A DNA stretch of 35,034 nt, from IMG/VR virus record IMGVR_UViG_3300029156_000010, positions 1 to 35,034 of that record, one strand, 5' to 3'. The position numbers and the translations under genes are program-made. Below, piece after piece: positions 24,802 to 32,249 of this stretch (positions are counted from its first letter, which is position 1; the number at the start of each line of letters is the position of its first letter). This stretch comes from a virus. The notes beneath the pieces are model-generated. The model saw only the letters and a program-made list of their open reading frames with translations. It made no database searches and was not told where the DNA came from.

Positions 24802-25460
24802 TTGGCGAACGTGTAAATGTAATCCAAGGTTCAGATGAATGGCACCGGCTTCGGCTTGGTGTCATCACTGCCAGTAAGTTGCAAAAATGCTTTACTGGGA
24901 AACTAGCTATAAGCAAAGCAGGGTGTAAAACTTTGGCAAAAGAGTTAGCTGCTGAACTTGTTTACAAGAAAAATGAGGAAATCCCGCAAAACTTTTCAAC
25001 ATATGCCATGGACAGGGGCAACTTGTTGGAACCAGAAGCCGTAGAGACAATTGCTGAAATGGTTAAACAAGACTCTCCAGAATTAATTTTAAAGCCTGGA
25101 GCTTTTTATTTAAACGACTTGATCAATGTTGGAGCTTCTCCAGATGGTGAATTTTTTGGCCCCGAAAAAGTTATTGATATGGGCCTTGAAGTTAAATGCC
25201 CACTACCCAAAGGACATTTGGAGTACCTTCTTCAGTGCCAAGAGGAAGAAAGGGAAACTCCTGTAGAGCATTATGCTCAAGTTCAGCTTAATATGATGCT
25301 GACTGGAGCTAAAAAATGGCTTTTTGCTTCATATTGCCCTGGAGCAGTAATGCACCTGGGATACCAAGAGCGAGACGAAGAGTTTATTTCTTTGATTATG
25401 CTAGTGGTTGAATCAGTTAACAATCAATTAAACCATTTCAGACGTGTTCTGGGGGTCTAA
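24798..25460 (+). CDS. YqaJ-type (lambda Exo-like, PD-(D/E)xK) recombination exonuclease.
   Basis: The N-terminus is QGSDEWHRLRLGVITASK, and later motifs are SPDG and LEVKCP. The GTG start overlaps the erf stop. Confidence 0.85.
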   Translation: MIGERVNVIQGSDEWHRLRLGVITASKLQKCFTGKLAISKAGCKTLAKELAAELVYKKNEEIPQNFSTYAMDRGNLLEPEAVETIAEMVKQDSPELILKPGAFYLNDLINVGASPDGEFFGPEKVIDMGLEVKCPLPKGHLEYLLQCQEEERETPVEHYAQVQLNMMLTGAKKWLFASYCPGAVMHLGYQERDEEFISLIMLVVESVNNQLNHFRRVLGV

Positions 25461-25834
25461 TGCAGAAAAATATCGACATATTAAAAGTATATGAAGAAGA
25501 GCTTCTGAAGCGGGACCGGCACGCATCCAAGTGCGCAGAGGATTACGCGCAATACATGTATCAAGAAAGAATTTTTAAACAATTGCGAGACGACATGCTT
25601 GCGAGTTTGAAAAGTAAAATAAGGGAGGATAGCGGTGCCAACATTAGCGAGGTGAAGCTTGAAGCTTTGGCCCGTTCTACTCCAGAATGGCTCCAGTTTA
25701 TCGCAGAGCAGTTAAAGGTTTTGCGAGAAGCTGGGCACGCAAAAACCAGATATGACAATGCAGTTCGTTCTGTGGATGTTTATCGGTCTTGTGTATCTTT
25801 AAAAAAAGCAGAAATTGAAAGGTTTGGTGGTTAA
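25460..25834 (+). CDS. Hypothetical helical protein (124 aa).
   Basis: ORF with a TAATG overlap. Confidence 0.6.
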   Translation: MQKNIDILKVYEEELLKRDRHASKCAEDYAQYMYQERIFKQLRDDMLASLKSKIREDSGANISEVKLEALARSTPEWLQFIAEQLKVLREAGHAKTRYDNAVRSVDVYRSCVSLKKAEIERFGG

Positions 25835-25835
25835 A

Positions 25836-26069
25836 ATGAAACAATTGTGGAGAAAAATAAGGAAAAAAATGGGTCGCATTCATGAATATGAGTCAGTTCA
25901 GCACGGTAAAATTATTTTAGATCTAATGGAGATGTCTCGAAATGAAGCAAAACATAGATTTCAAAAGACTGTCCCTTTGGTTGAGCGATGGGCAAAGATA
26001 GGTAATGATCAAAGGTTAATCAAGCTTGCAAGACTTGAGAAATTGAAAAAAAGAGGGGTAATCAGCTAA
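25836..26069 (+). CDS. Hypothetical basic protein (77 aa).
   Basis: I prefer the ATG at 25836, which follows GGTGG. Confidence 0.5.
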   Translation: MKQLWRKIRKKMGRIHEYESVQHGKIILDLMEMSRNEAKHRFQKTVPLVERWAKIGNDQRLIKLARLEKLKKRGVIS

Positions 26070-26464
26070 TGAACGATAGACAAAAACTTGAAGAAATTCA
26101 AAAGCGAATCGAAAAAATCATAGAACTAGAAAAAGAAGGAGTCAAACAGGATCTAACCCCCTCAAACTTAGACGATTTAGGCACCCAGGCGGCCTTTGCT
26201 TTCTATAAATTTTACAAAACAAGAGACAAAGTGATTAGTGAAATGGCTTTAAACTCAGAAAGCATGGACTCAAATGAAGTTAAAGCGTTTGTTACATCGT
26301 TGGACATTACCGAAGATGTCATGGATATGCTTTACAAAAAATGCAACCTGCACGAGAGAGCCATTAAAACAAAACTTGCTGAGGAAAAAATCAAAGAGCT
26401 TTTGGATGATGGATTCGAGGAAGGAGAAGAGCATGTACACAGAAGAGAGAGAACAATTAATTAG
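26069..26464 (+). CDS. Hypothetical acidic helical protein (131 aa).
   Basis: ORF with a TAATG overlap. Confidence 0.6.
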   Translation: MNDRQKLEEIQKRIEKIIELEKEGVKQDLTPSNLDDLGTQAAFAFYKFYKTRDKVISEMALNSESMDSNEVKAFVTSLDITEDVMDMLYKKCNLHERAIKTKLAEEKIKELLDDGFEEGEEHVHRRERTIN

Positions 26465-27689
26465 CAAGGCATGGAGAGACCTTTCTGCCTGCGAGCCCCC
26501 TAAAAAAGGCACTGCTATGTACCGAGAAGTGGAGTCTTTACGTCAAGAATATGAAAAATATCTTCGGTTAAGGTCCTGCGGTTGGGATGGTTCAGATTTA
26601 AATGATGAAAAGGCAAAAGAAATCGTTGCGAGAAACAAGACCTTGCCAGATCCTCGTGGATTACCACCGTTTTCGGAACCTACAATCACTTTGGATACAT
26701 CGGATCCGCTGAAGCATATGTTTGATCCACTTCTGAATAGCTTAATGAACAGCATTTCAGAACCAGAACCAAAATTAAAAAAGAAATCAAAAAAAGGAAA
26801 AAAAACAGTGAAACAAGAAAACTACCTAGGCGATGCTTTAATCAAGGACATTACAAAACACATACAAGACAATATCGTTTTGCCGATAGATCGCATTGAA
26901 AAAATGGTTAATAACTGTATGAAAAAAAACTTGCCAACCAGAATATCTATAAAAAAGAAGGGTTCCAAAAAGCACTCTATAGAATTGGTTCACAAAAACT
27001 TTGAAACACTTCTTAAAATAGCTGAACAGCGTATCCCTGCTTTTGTTGTCGGGCCAGCAGGATCTGGCAAAACAAAGGCGGCCGAGCAAGTAGCTGTAGC
27101 CCTTGCGTTGGAGTTTTCTAGCATCTCTGTCGGGCCACAAACAACACAATCTCAAATCATGGGGTATATGAATGCCACCGGTAAGTACGTTAAAACGGAA
27201 TTTAGAGAGCGCTTTGAAAAGGGCGGTGTTTATCTTATTGATGAATTTGACAGTGGATCAGCTCAAGTATTGACTTGCTTAAATTCTGCCCTTGCGGGTG
27301 ATTTGTGCGCATTCCCAGACGGTATGATTAAAAAGCATGAGGACTTTATCCCAATTGCCAGCGGTAACACCTTTGGGAATGGAGCTGATAGAATTTACGT
27401 TGGCAGAGCCCAGCTTGATGGAGCGACGCTTGACCGATTTGCCTTCCTTGAATGGGAATATGACGAGGCTTTGGAGCTACAAGTTAGTGGTGCAATCCCT
27501 GAATGGCACAGAACGGTACTTAGCTTTCGAAAACGTGCAGAGGAAAAGGGGATGCGTCATATTGTTTCGCCTCGTGCAACAATATACGGACAAAAACTTA
27601 TCGAAGGCGGAATGCATCCAGAGGAAGTGAAAAAGCTTCTTATCTTCAAGGGTCTTTCTCGCGCCGACATTGAACGGTTGGACGTATAA
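26433..27689 (+). CDS. AAA+ ATPase, MoxR/CobS (AAA_5)-like (418 aa).
   Basis: It has Walker A (VVGPAGSGKT), Walker B (VYLIDEFD), and GNTFGNGADRIYVGRAQLDGATLDRF. The start at 26433 follows GGAAGGAGAAGAG. The upstream part of the ORF-track frame overlaps the previous gene and is probably not translated. Confidence 0.8.
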   Translation: MYTEEREQLISKAWRDLSACEPPKKGTAMYREVESLRQEYEKYLRLRSCGWDGSDLNDEKAKEIVARNKTLPDPRGLPPFSEPTITLDTSDPLKHMFDPLLNSLMNSISEPEPKLKKKSKKGKKTVKQENYLGDALIKDITKHIQDNIVLPIDRIEKMVNNCMKKNLPTRISIKKKGSKKHSIELVHKNFETLLKIAEQRIPAFVVGPAGSGKTKAAEQVAVALALEFSSISVGPQTTQSQIMGYMNATGKYVKTEFRERFEKGGVYLIDEFDSGSAQVLTCLNSALAGDLCAFPDGMIKKHEDFIPIASGNTFGNGADRIYVGRAQLDGATLDRFAFLEWEYDEALELQVSGAIPEWHRTVLSFRKRAEEKGMRHIVSPRATIYGQKLIEGGMHPEEVKKLLIFKGLSRADIERLDV

Positions 27690-27690
27690 A

Positions 27691-28566
27691 ATGTTTGACG
27701 AAGTTCTAAAAAAGCATCCAGAGGTTATGTATCGAGGGTATGATAATTACTGGGATTTTCTTGAAAAAGCCAAAAGAAAACCATTAAGCGATATGGACTC
27801 TTCCAGGGATCCTGGAGGTAGATGTTGGTCAGGATCTACTTCTTTTGAAGAAACAGTAGACTGGGCTGAGCGCGGTTGGAACAAAGAAATAAAGTGCGAA
27901 CAATTTATCCCAAACAGCGTCAAAGAGTACGTTAAGGAAGTATCTGGAACGTCTTATAGTTGGGATACATGTGGAGCAATACCAGATGTTGAAAGGTATT
28001 GCTCTGGATTGCCAGAGGACATGATTGACTTTGTTCAAAGCCCTATTCAAAAAAGAATTATTTCCCTGGGCTTCAATGGAGCTATTCTCGGAGGTATTGA
28101 CCCAGAATCAGTTGAAAAAAGAGGGTCTTTTATATGTGAATGCATAGATTTAATCGAGTCTATGGGGTTTCAGTGTAACGTTACGGCCATTTTTCTTTCA
28201 GCCGGTCAGGTAGATATGGGAAAAGGGGACATTGACGATGGATTTAGCTTGATTGGAGTAGATCTTAAGAACGCTGGATACGTAATGAACCCAGACATTA
28301 TCAAGTTTGCCGCCTGCAACGCTTCTTTTTTCAGAAGATTGATTTTTTCCATAAGAGAAAATGATGAAATTATGTACCCAAAGTACCTGAAGCATACAGA
28401 TTCCTATGGAAGAACCTCGGAATTTGAAGATATCGGAGACGTGGAACATGGTTTTGATGTGTATTTTCCTCACTTGGATGACAATGATTTTGATGAAATT
28501 GTTCAAAAAACTTTAGAGCAAATGGAAGAGTGCGGCGTTGTAAAGAAAGGGGTCATCAATGGATAA
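27691..28566 (+). CDS. Hypothetical partner protein of the AAA+ ATPase (291 aa).
   Basis: Its ATG lies 2 nt after the ATPase stop. It is a Cys-containing alpha/beta protein. No MIDAS DxSxS motif was seen. Confidence 0.6.
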   Translation: MFDEVLKKHPEVMYRGYDNYWDFLEKAKRKPLSDMDSSRDPGGRCWSGSTSFEETVDWAERGWNKEIKCEQFIPNSVKEYVKEVSGTSYSWDTCGAIPDVERYCSGLPEDMIDFVQSPIQKRIISLGFNGAILGGIDPESVEKRGSFICECIDLIESMGFQCNVTAIFLSAGQVDMGKGDIDDGFSLIGVDLKNAGYVMNPDIIKFAACNASFFRRLIFSIRENDEIMYPKYLKHTDSYGRTSEFEDIGDVEHGFDVYFPHLDDNDFDEIVQKTLEQMEECGVVKKGVING

Positions 28567-29011
28567 TTGTCAAGAATGTCCAACCTGTGGACACAAAGTA
28601 AAGACGTATAAGTTTTCTTTGGGCAATGGGTATGTTGCTCCTTTAATAAGGGCTTTCAAAAAAGGAGAAGGAGTCGCTTTTAAAACCGCTGACGTAGTGG
28701 GGGGGAATCAAAGCGCGTATACAAACTTTCAAAAGTTAGCATATTGGGGCCTTATAGAGACAGCCTACTCCGTTGATACAGCTAAAACAAAAGGCTTATG
28801 GTCTTTAACTGACCAGGGTCGCATGTTCGTGCTTAACAGCGTTGCAATGCCAAAAACAGCCGTTCGCATGAACAAAAAAACCATGGGCTTTGAAGGTGAA
28901 GAAGTTTTCTTTGCTGACCTTGTTGACGATTGGCAGGTTTATGCGGATTTTAGACAGCAGGCAATGGACTCTTTAGAGGGTCAAAGGAGTTTATTTTTAA
29001 AAAGAGAATGA
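28559..29011 (+). CDS. Zinc-finger plus winged-helix-like DNA-binding protein (150 aa).
   Basis: The N-terminus is CQECPTCGH. KLAYWGLIE..GLWSLTDQGRMF resembles a wHTH recognition helix and wing. Confidence 0.55.
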   Translation: MDNCQECPTCGHKVKTYKFSLGNGYVAPLIRAFKKGEGVAFKTADVVGGNQSAYTNFQKLAYWGLIETAYSVDTAKTKGLWSLTDQGRMFVLNSVAMPKTAVRMNKKTMGFEGEEVFFADLVDDWQVYADFRQQAMDSLEGQRSLFLKRE

Positions 29012-29538
29012 TCAAGTTTCTTTTAATTGAATTTATCCCGATAGCTACAATTTGCGTACTCATAATTCTGAGCGGAATAAATAAGCGTAGTGAAACCTTA
29101 GTCTTTATGGGTGTTTTAGGTTTAATTTTAACAATTATATCGCTCTTTTTGGAGGTCCGAGTTGGGCGATTAATGCAAAAAATAGAAAAGGAAGAAAATA
29201 AAATGCAAGAAATGTTACAAGAACTAATGGCGAAAATGGTAGGTGGTTTAGACCCAAAAGATGTTGAAAGGCTCAAAAAAAGAGAAGATTTTTGGAACGA
29301 AATCAAAGAGCAATCCGATCTTCAATACAAGTGGTCAGAGGGGTATTCTGCGTTTAGAGTAGATTTAAAAAGAGAAGGGCGTCCAAATGATGGCGCAAAA
29401 AAAGGAGTCGTATTTGAATCAGGCGAAAGAATGTCTTTTTTTACTGACGCAGAGATGCGAAAACTTCACTCTTGGATTGAAAAGAACATTCCTGTCATGA
29501 AAAGTGTTCCACGTGAAACATCGGAAGAGGGCAAGTAA
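29008..29538 (+). CDS. Membrane protein with two N-terminal TM helices (176 aa).
   Basis: The two hydrophobic segments are FLLIEFIPIATICVLIILSGI and LVFMGVLGLILTIISLFL. The C-terminal domain is charged. Confidence 0.65.
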   Translation: MIKFLLIEFIPIATICVLIILSGINKRSETLVFMGVLGLILTIISLFLEVRVGRLMQKIEKEENKMQEMLQELMAKMVGGLDPKDVERLKKREDFWNEIKEQSDLQYKWSEGYSAFRVDLKREGRPNDGAKKGVVFESGERMSFFTDAEMRKLHSWIEKNIPVMKSVPRETSEEGK

Positions 29539-29723
29539 TGAAATCAATGAAAACCTCTGTACTCGCAGACGAAAAAAAACAACAAGAGATAACCGACATC
29601 TGCACTACGTTGGCTAAATGTATTGGAGCATACTGCCCAAACAACCAACAAAGAACGATGGCTAAAAAGAAACTGAAAAACACTCTTTTTTGGGCTCTTA
29701 AAAGCATTGCGGCGGATAAGTAA
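29538..29723 (+). CDS. Hypothetical protein (61 aa).
   Basis: ORF with a TAATG overlap. Confidence 0.5.
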   Translation: MKSMKTSVLADEKKQQEITDICTTLAKCIGAYCPNNQQRTMAKKKLKNTLFWALKSIAADK

Positions 29724-29726
29724 GAC

Positions 29727-29972
29727 ATGGACGATCAAGACAAAGCTGTTTTGGACCTGTACTACTGGCAACGCGGAGGTGACAGTTCGAGCTTCACCTC
29801 CATGTTGTACAATCTTTTAATGAAAGCTGATTCACGGAACAGCGCAAAGCTCGCTTTGGGATTTCGTGAACACTGGATCGCCCTTAAAATGTGGCAATCA
29901 GCAGAAAAAGAGGGTGACGACCTCTTTGATTTATATAGAGAAAAGGGAGTGATCCCAAAAGAGAAAAAATAA
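29727..29972 (+). CDS. Hypothetical protein (81 aa), the last gene of the early unit.
   Basis: Its stop at 29970-72 abuts the stop of the converging minus-strand gene. Confidence 0.6.
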   Translation: MDDQDKAVLDLYYWQRGGDSSSFTSMLYNLLMKADSRNSAKLALGFREHWIALKMWQSAEKEGDDLFDLYREKGVIPKEKK

Positions 29973-30362
29973 TCAATTAACCGAAAAAGGCATGTCGTCA
30001 AGATCGTCTAATTTTTCTGATTGGTAGTTGTCAAACATTATTTCAGCTACCTTTCGGAAAGTTTGGCGGTTTTCTGTTCCGCTTCCTTCAAATTTCTCGT
30101 GACATGTCGGGCAATGGGGTACCAGATTGCCATATTCCTGCTTATTTGCCCCACCCATGCCTTTTGCTTTAACATGGCTGGCATGGACAAGGTAATCTCC
30201 GTACTTATCGACTGAGCCCTCGTTTCGGCACTCATGATCTAGTTTCCAACCAACACATTTGTGTCTACGAATCCAATGTGCATATTCTGGATGTTGCCAA
30301 TACGGCTTTTTCTTTGATTTCTTTTTCTTCTTACCTTTAAAAAACGTTTTTACTTGAGCCAC
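29973..30362 (-). CDS. HNH/NinG-like putative endonuclease (about 129 aa from the GTG).
   Basis: HASHVKAKGMGGANKQEYGNLVPHCPTCHEKF has an H..H..G.G..(D/E)..vP.C..CH..F pattern. I prefer the GTG at 30362, preceded by GAGGGGGG, over the overlapping ATG at 30398. Confidence 0.55.
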   Translation of the reverse strand: MAQVKTFFKGKKKKKSKKKPYWQHPEYAHWIRRHKCVGWKLDHECRNEGSVDKYGDYLVHASHVKAKGMGGANKQEYGNLVPHCPTCHEKFEGSGTENRQTFRKVAEIMFDNYQSEKLDDLDDMPFSVN

Positions 30363-30702
30363 GAAACCCCCCTCGCTTTGAAAAGTAGTCAATAACATCG
30401 TCTACGTTATCCACAATCAACGCTATGGCCCCTAAACCATTGGCCATGTGATGAAATTCTAATTGCTCTTTGCTGGCCACGCCCCCTGGCTTCTTCACTT
30501 CAATTCCAAGAAAGATTCCGTCGGGGAGTATGCCCATTATATCAGGTTTTCCCTTGTTGGTTGTTTGATCGCCCTTGTTTCTGGGCTTGGCTCTGGATTG
30601 TCGGTCTCTCCAGCAGTAAATTCCTGCTTTTTGCAGAAAATCTAGGATGTCTTTTTCGACTCCACTCTCTGTTACTGGCCTTCTGATTGATGCTCCGCTT
30701 TT
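30337..30702 (-). CDS. VRR-NUC domain nuclease. The boundaries given are the open frame, and the true start is unresolved.
   Basis: TESGVEKDILDFLQKAGIYCWRDRQ..GKPDIMGILPDGIFLGIEVKKPGGVASKEQLEF fits the VRR-NUC pattern (helix, PD, ExK, Q). The only ATG/GTG/TTG in the frame is at 30537, inside the domain. Confidence 0.75.
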   Translation of the reverse strand, partial: KSGASIRRPVTESGVEKDILDFLQKAGIYCWRDRQSRAKPRNKGDQTTNKGKPDIMGILPDGIFLGIEVKKPGGVASKEQLEFHHMANGLGAIALIVDNVDDVIDYFSKRGGFRGSSKNVF

Positions 30703-31085
30703 TTACACTTGATTTGATAAAATTTGCACTTTGATTTGGGTCTTTCTTTGGGAAGGCTGTCTTTGTTGTGCTTGTCGATAAGGTAAATGAAGCCTGTGAT
30801 GCGGCTAGAGTATTCTTTGATCGCCGCGTCCAGTACCTTGAAGTCTTTAAACGTGATGCACTTATATAAGTTCGACCCGCATTCGTAAATTCCCGTGTCC
30901 ATGCCCGCGGTGGGGTCCACGGTTTTCCTGTAGTGGGGTGGAATTGGGATGAAATCATCGACCACCGTCGATTTTTGCCGACTTGCGCAGTTGCTCATTC
31001 CAATCATCACGAAACTTAAGATCGTCAACTTCTTTGCGATACTCTTCAAGCTGCTTTTTTTGCTTGAGGGAAAGGGTCTCGACAT
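30672..31085 (-). CDS. Secreted or lipid-anchored protein, a candidate o-spanin (137 aa from M24 of the ORF).
   Basis: It starts inside the i-spanin candidate in another frame. It has a signal-like KKLTILSFVMIGMSNC and then a proline-containing DDFIPIPPHYRK. The lipobox is non-canonical (N at -1), and the mature part is unusually long at about 105 aa. Confidence 0.4.
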   Translation of the reverse strand: MSRPFPSSKKSSLKSIAKKLTILSFVMIGMSNCASRQKSTVVDDFIPIPPHYRKTVDPTAGMDTGIYECGSNLYKCITFKDFKVLDAAIKEYSSRITGFIYLIDKHNKDSLPKERPKSKCKFYQIKCKKAEHQSEGQ

Positions 31086-31230
31086 CGTTGAACCTTCGTT
31101 GCTGACGCCTGAACGATTCAAGTAATGATTCGTGTGATTTGGTGAGCTTGCCATCCTTCTGTCCTTTCTTGTACATCCATACGTAAATACCTATATTGGA
31201 AAGAACGATTAACGCTATGGCGTACCACAT
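30955..31230 (-). CDS. Candidate i-spanin (91 aa).
   Basis: It has an N-terminal TM (WYAIALIVLSNIGIYVWMY) followed by a charged coiled-coil. It lies directly after the holin candidate. Confidence 0.55.
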   Translation of the reverse strand: MWYAIALIVLSNIGIYVWMYKKGQKDGKLTKSHESLLESFRRQQRRFNDVETLSLKQKKQLEEYRKEVDDLKFRDDWNEQLRKSAKIDGGR

Positions 31231-31232
31231 GG

Positions 31233-31433
31233 CTATTTGCTTTTTGCGAACCCGCGGGAAATTCCGTATCCCATGGCAGCCAAAGCAGACCCTACAAATC
31301 CTGCGACCTGTAAAACCACTCCACCATCGGCAAAAGCACCGCTAGCGATGACCATGCCTACGATACCAGCGATAGAAGCCATCCAAAATTCAGTTGTTTT
31401 GTATCCTGGTTTAATGTTTTTCTGTGTTTCCAT
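31233..31433 (-). CDS. Holin candidate (66 aa, two TM helices).
   Basis: The two hydrophobic segments are FWMASIAGIVGMVIASGAF and VVLQVAGFVGSALAAMGYGI. The C-terminus SRGFAKSK is basic. Confidence 0.65.
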   Translation of the reverse strand: METQKNIKPGYKTTEFWMASIAGIVGMVIASGAFADGGVVLQVAGFVGSALAAMGYGISRGFAKSK

Positions 31434-31806
31434 TGTTTTTTCCTTCTTCGAATAGATGATAAACTAACGCAGCATCGTCCTTGTTCAAACTGGTTGTGCG
31501 CGGTCCTTTTCTAAGTATCAAGTATATCCCTGATTTTTCTTTTCGCAAGAACAAAACTTTCTCGCTTAGATCCGCGGGGTTGTAAGTGTATATCTCATTT
31601 ATGACGCGCTCCAGATAACGCACTCCATTTGTACCCGACCTAAAAAAAAGATCCATCGTCACTTCATTTCTTTCGATTTGCATTACAATTAGATCATCTT
31701 GGCAATACTTGTCCGCGATATAGGCGCAGGTTTCTAGCATTTGACGTATAAATAGAGATGTTTTTTTTAGGTCATCTTTTGCTTTTTGGTTTGCCGGTAT
31801 AATCAT
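31411..31806 (-). CDS. Hypothetical protein (131 aa) between the endolysin and the holin.
   Basis: ORF with an ATGA overlap with the endolysin stop. Confidence 0.6.
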   Translation of the reverse strand: MIIPANQKAKDDLKKTSLFIRQMLETCAYIADKYCQDDLIVMQIERNEVTMDLFFRSGTNGVRYLERVINEIYTYNPADLSEKVLFLRKEKSGIYLILRKGPRTTSLNKDDAALVYHLFEEGKNNGNTEKH

Positions 31807-32249
31807 ACCATTTTATATTTCTCAAGCATTTCCATGGACAATTTCTTGTATCTTTGAATTCCATCATCATCTTTGTAGCAAATCCAACGACCATGACCTT
31901 TTCTGTCATCCGCATGAACCCCACCAACAATGTTTTCTTGTTTTTTCCACCACCAATCACGATAAACACCGAGCCCGCCAAAGCCAAAACGCTCCGCTGC
32001 AAAGTATAAATCCATCGGCCTAACGCCTGGGGCTATTAAATCTGCTGCAATGCCGCGCCCGTGCTGGCCTGAATCATTGGGCCTATACGCGGATGTGACA
32101 AAAATTGGCACCCCAAGATGGTCTCTTAATACATCAAGCTTTAAAAGAAGTCCTCTTTTCATCTTCGATGGGTCGCCCCAATTATCTACCTTTGAATCGG
32201 GTCTAAAGTACCTTATCCCCGTCCACTGAATCATTCCCTTGGTTCGCAT
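31803..32249 (-). CDS. Endolysin, Peptidase M15-type (zinc D-Ala-D-Ala carboxypeptidase-like fold).
   Basis: LDVLRDHLGVPIFVTSAYRPNDSGQHGRGIAADL and later GGVHADD fit the H-x6-D ... H zinc-site pattern of M15A/VanY-like peptidases. The SD is GGGGGTGAG. Confidence 0.85.
   Translation of the reverse strand: MRTKGMIQWTGIRYFRPDSKVDNWGDPSKMKRGLLLKLDVLRDHLGVPIFVTSAYRPNDSGQHGRGIAADLIAPGVRPMDLYFAAERFGFGGLGVYRDWWWKKQENIVGGVHADDRKGHGRWICYKDDDGIQRYKKLSMEMLEKYKMV

Noticed and set aside
26274-26432. Upstream extension of the AAA+ ATPase ORF (the ORF-track start at 26274). Similar extensions exist for 21396, 22393, 23269, 24199, 25815, 27670 and 20660.
   Set aside because: The extensions overlap the preceding genes, lack an SD, and translate to atypical sequence. 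Internal ATGs with clear SD motifs fit the operon's tight coupling.
30542-30958. 138-aa minus-strand ORF overlapping the spanin-like and VRR-NUC region.
   Set aside because: Its S/T/R/K/Q-rich composition is typical of an off-frame read. The other two frames carry recognisable features: a signal peptide and a VRR-NUC domain.
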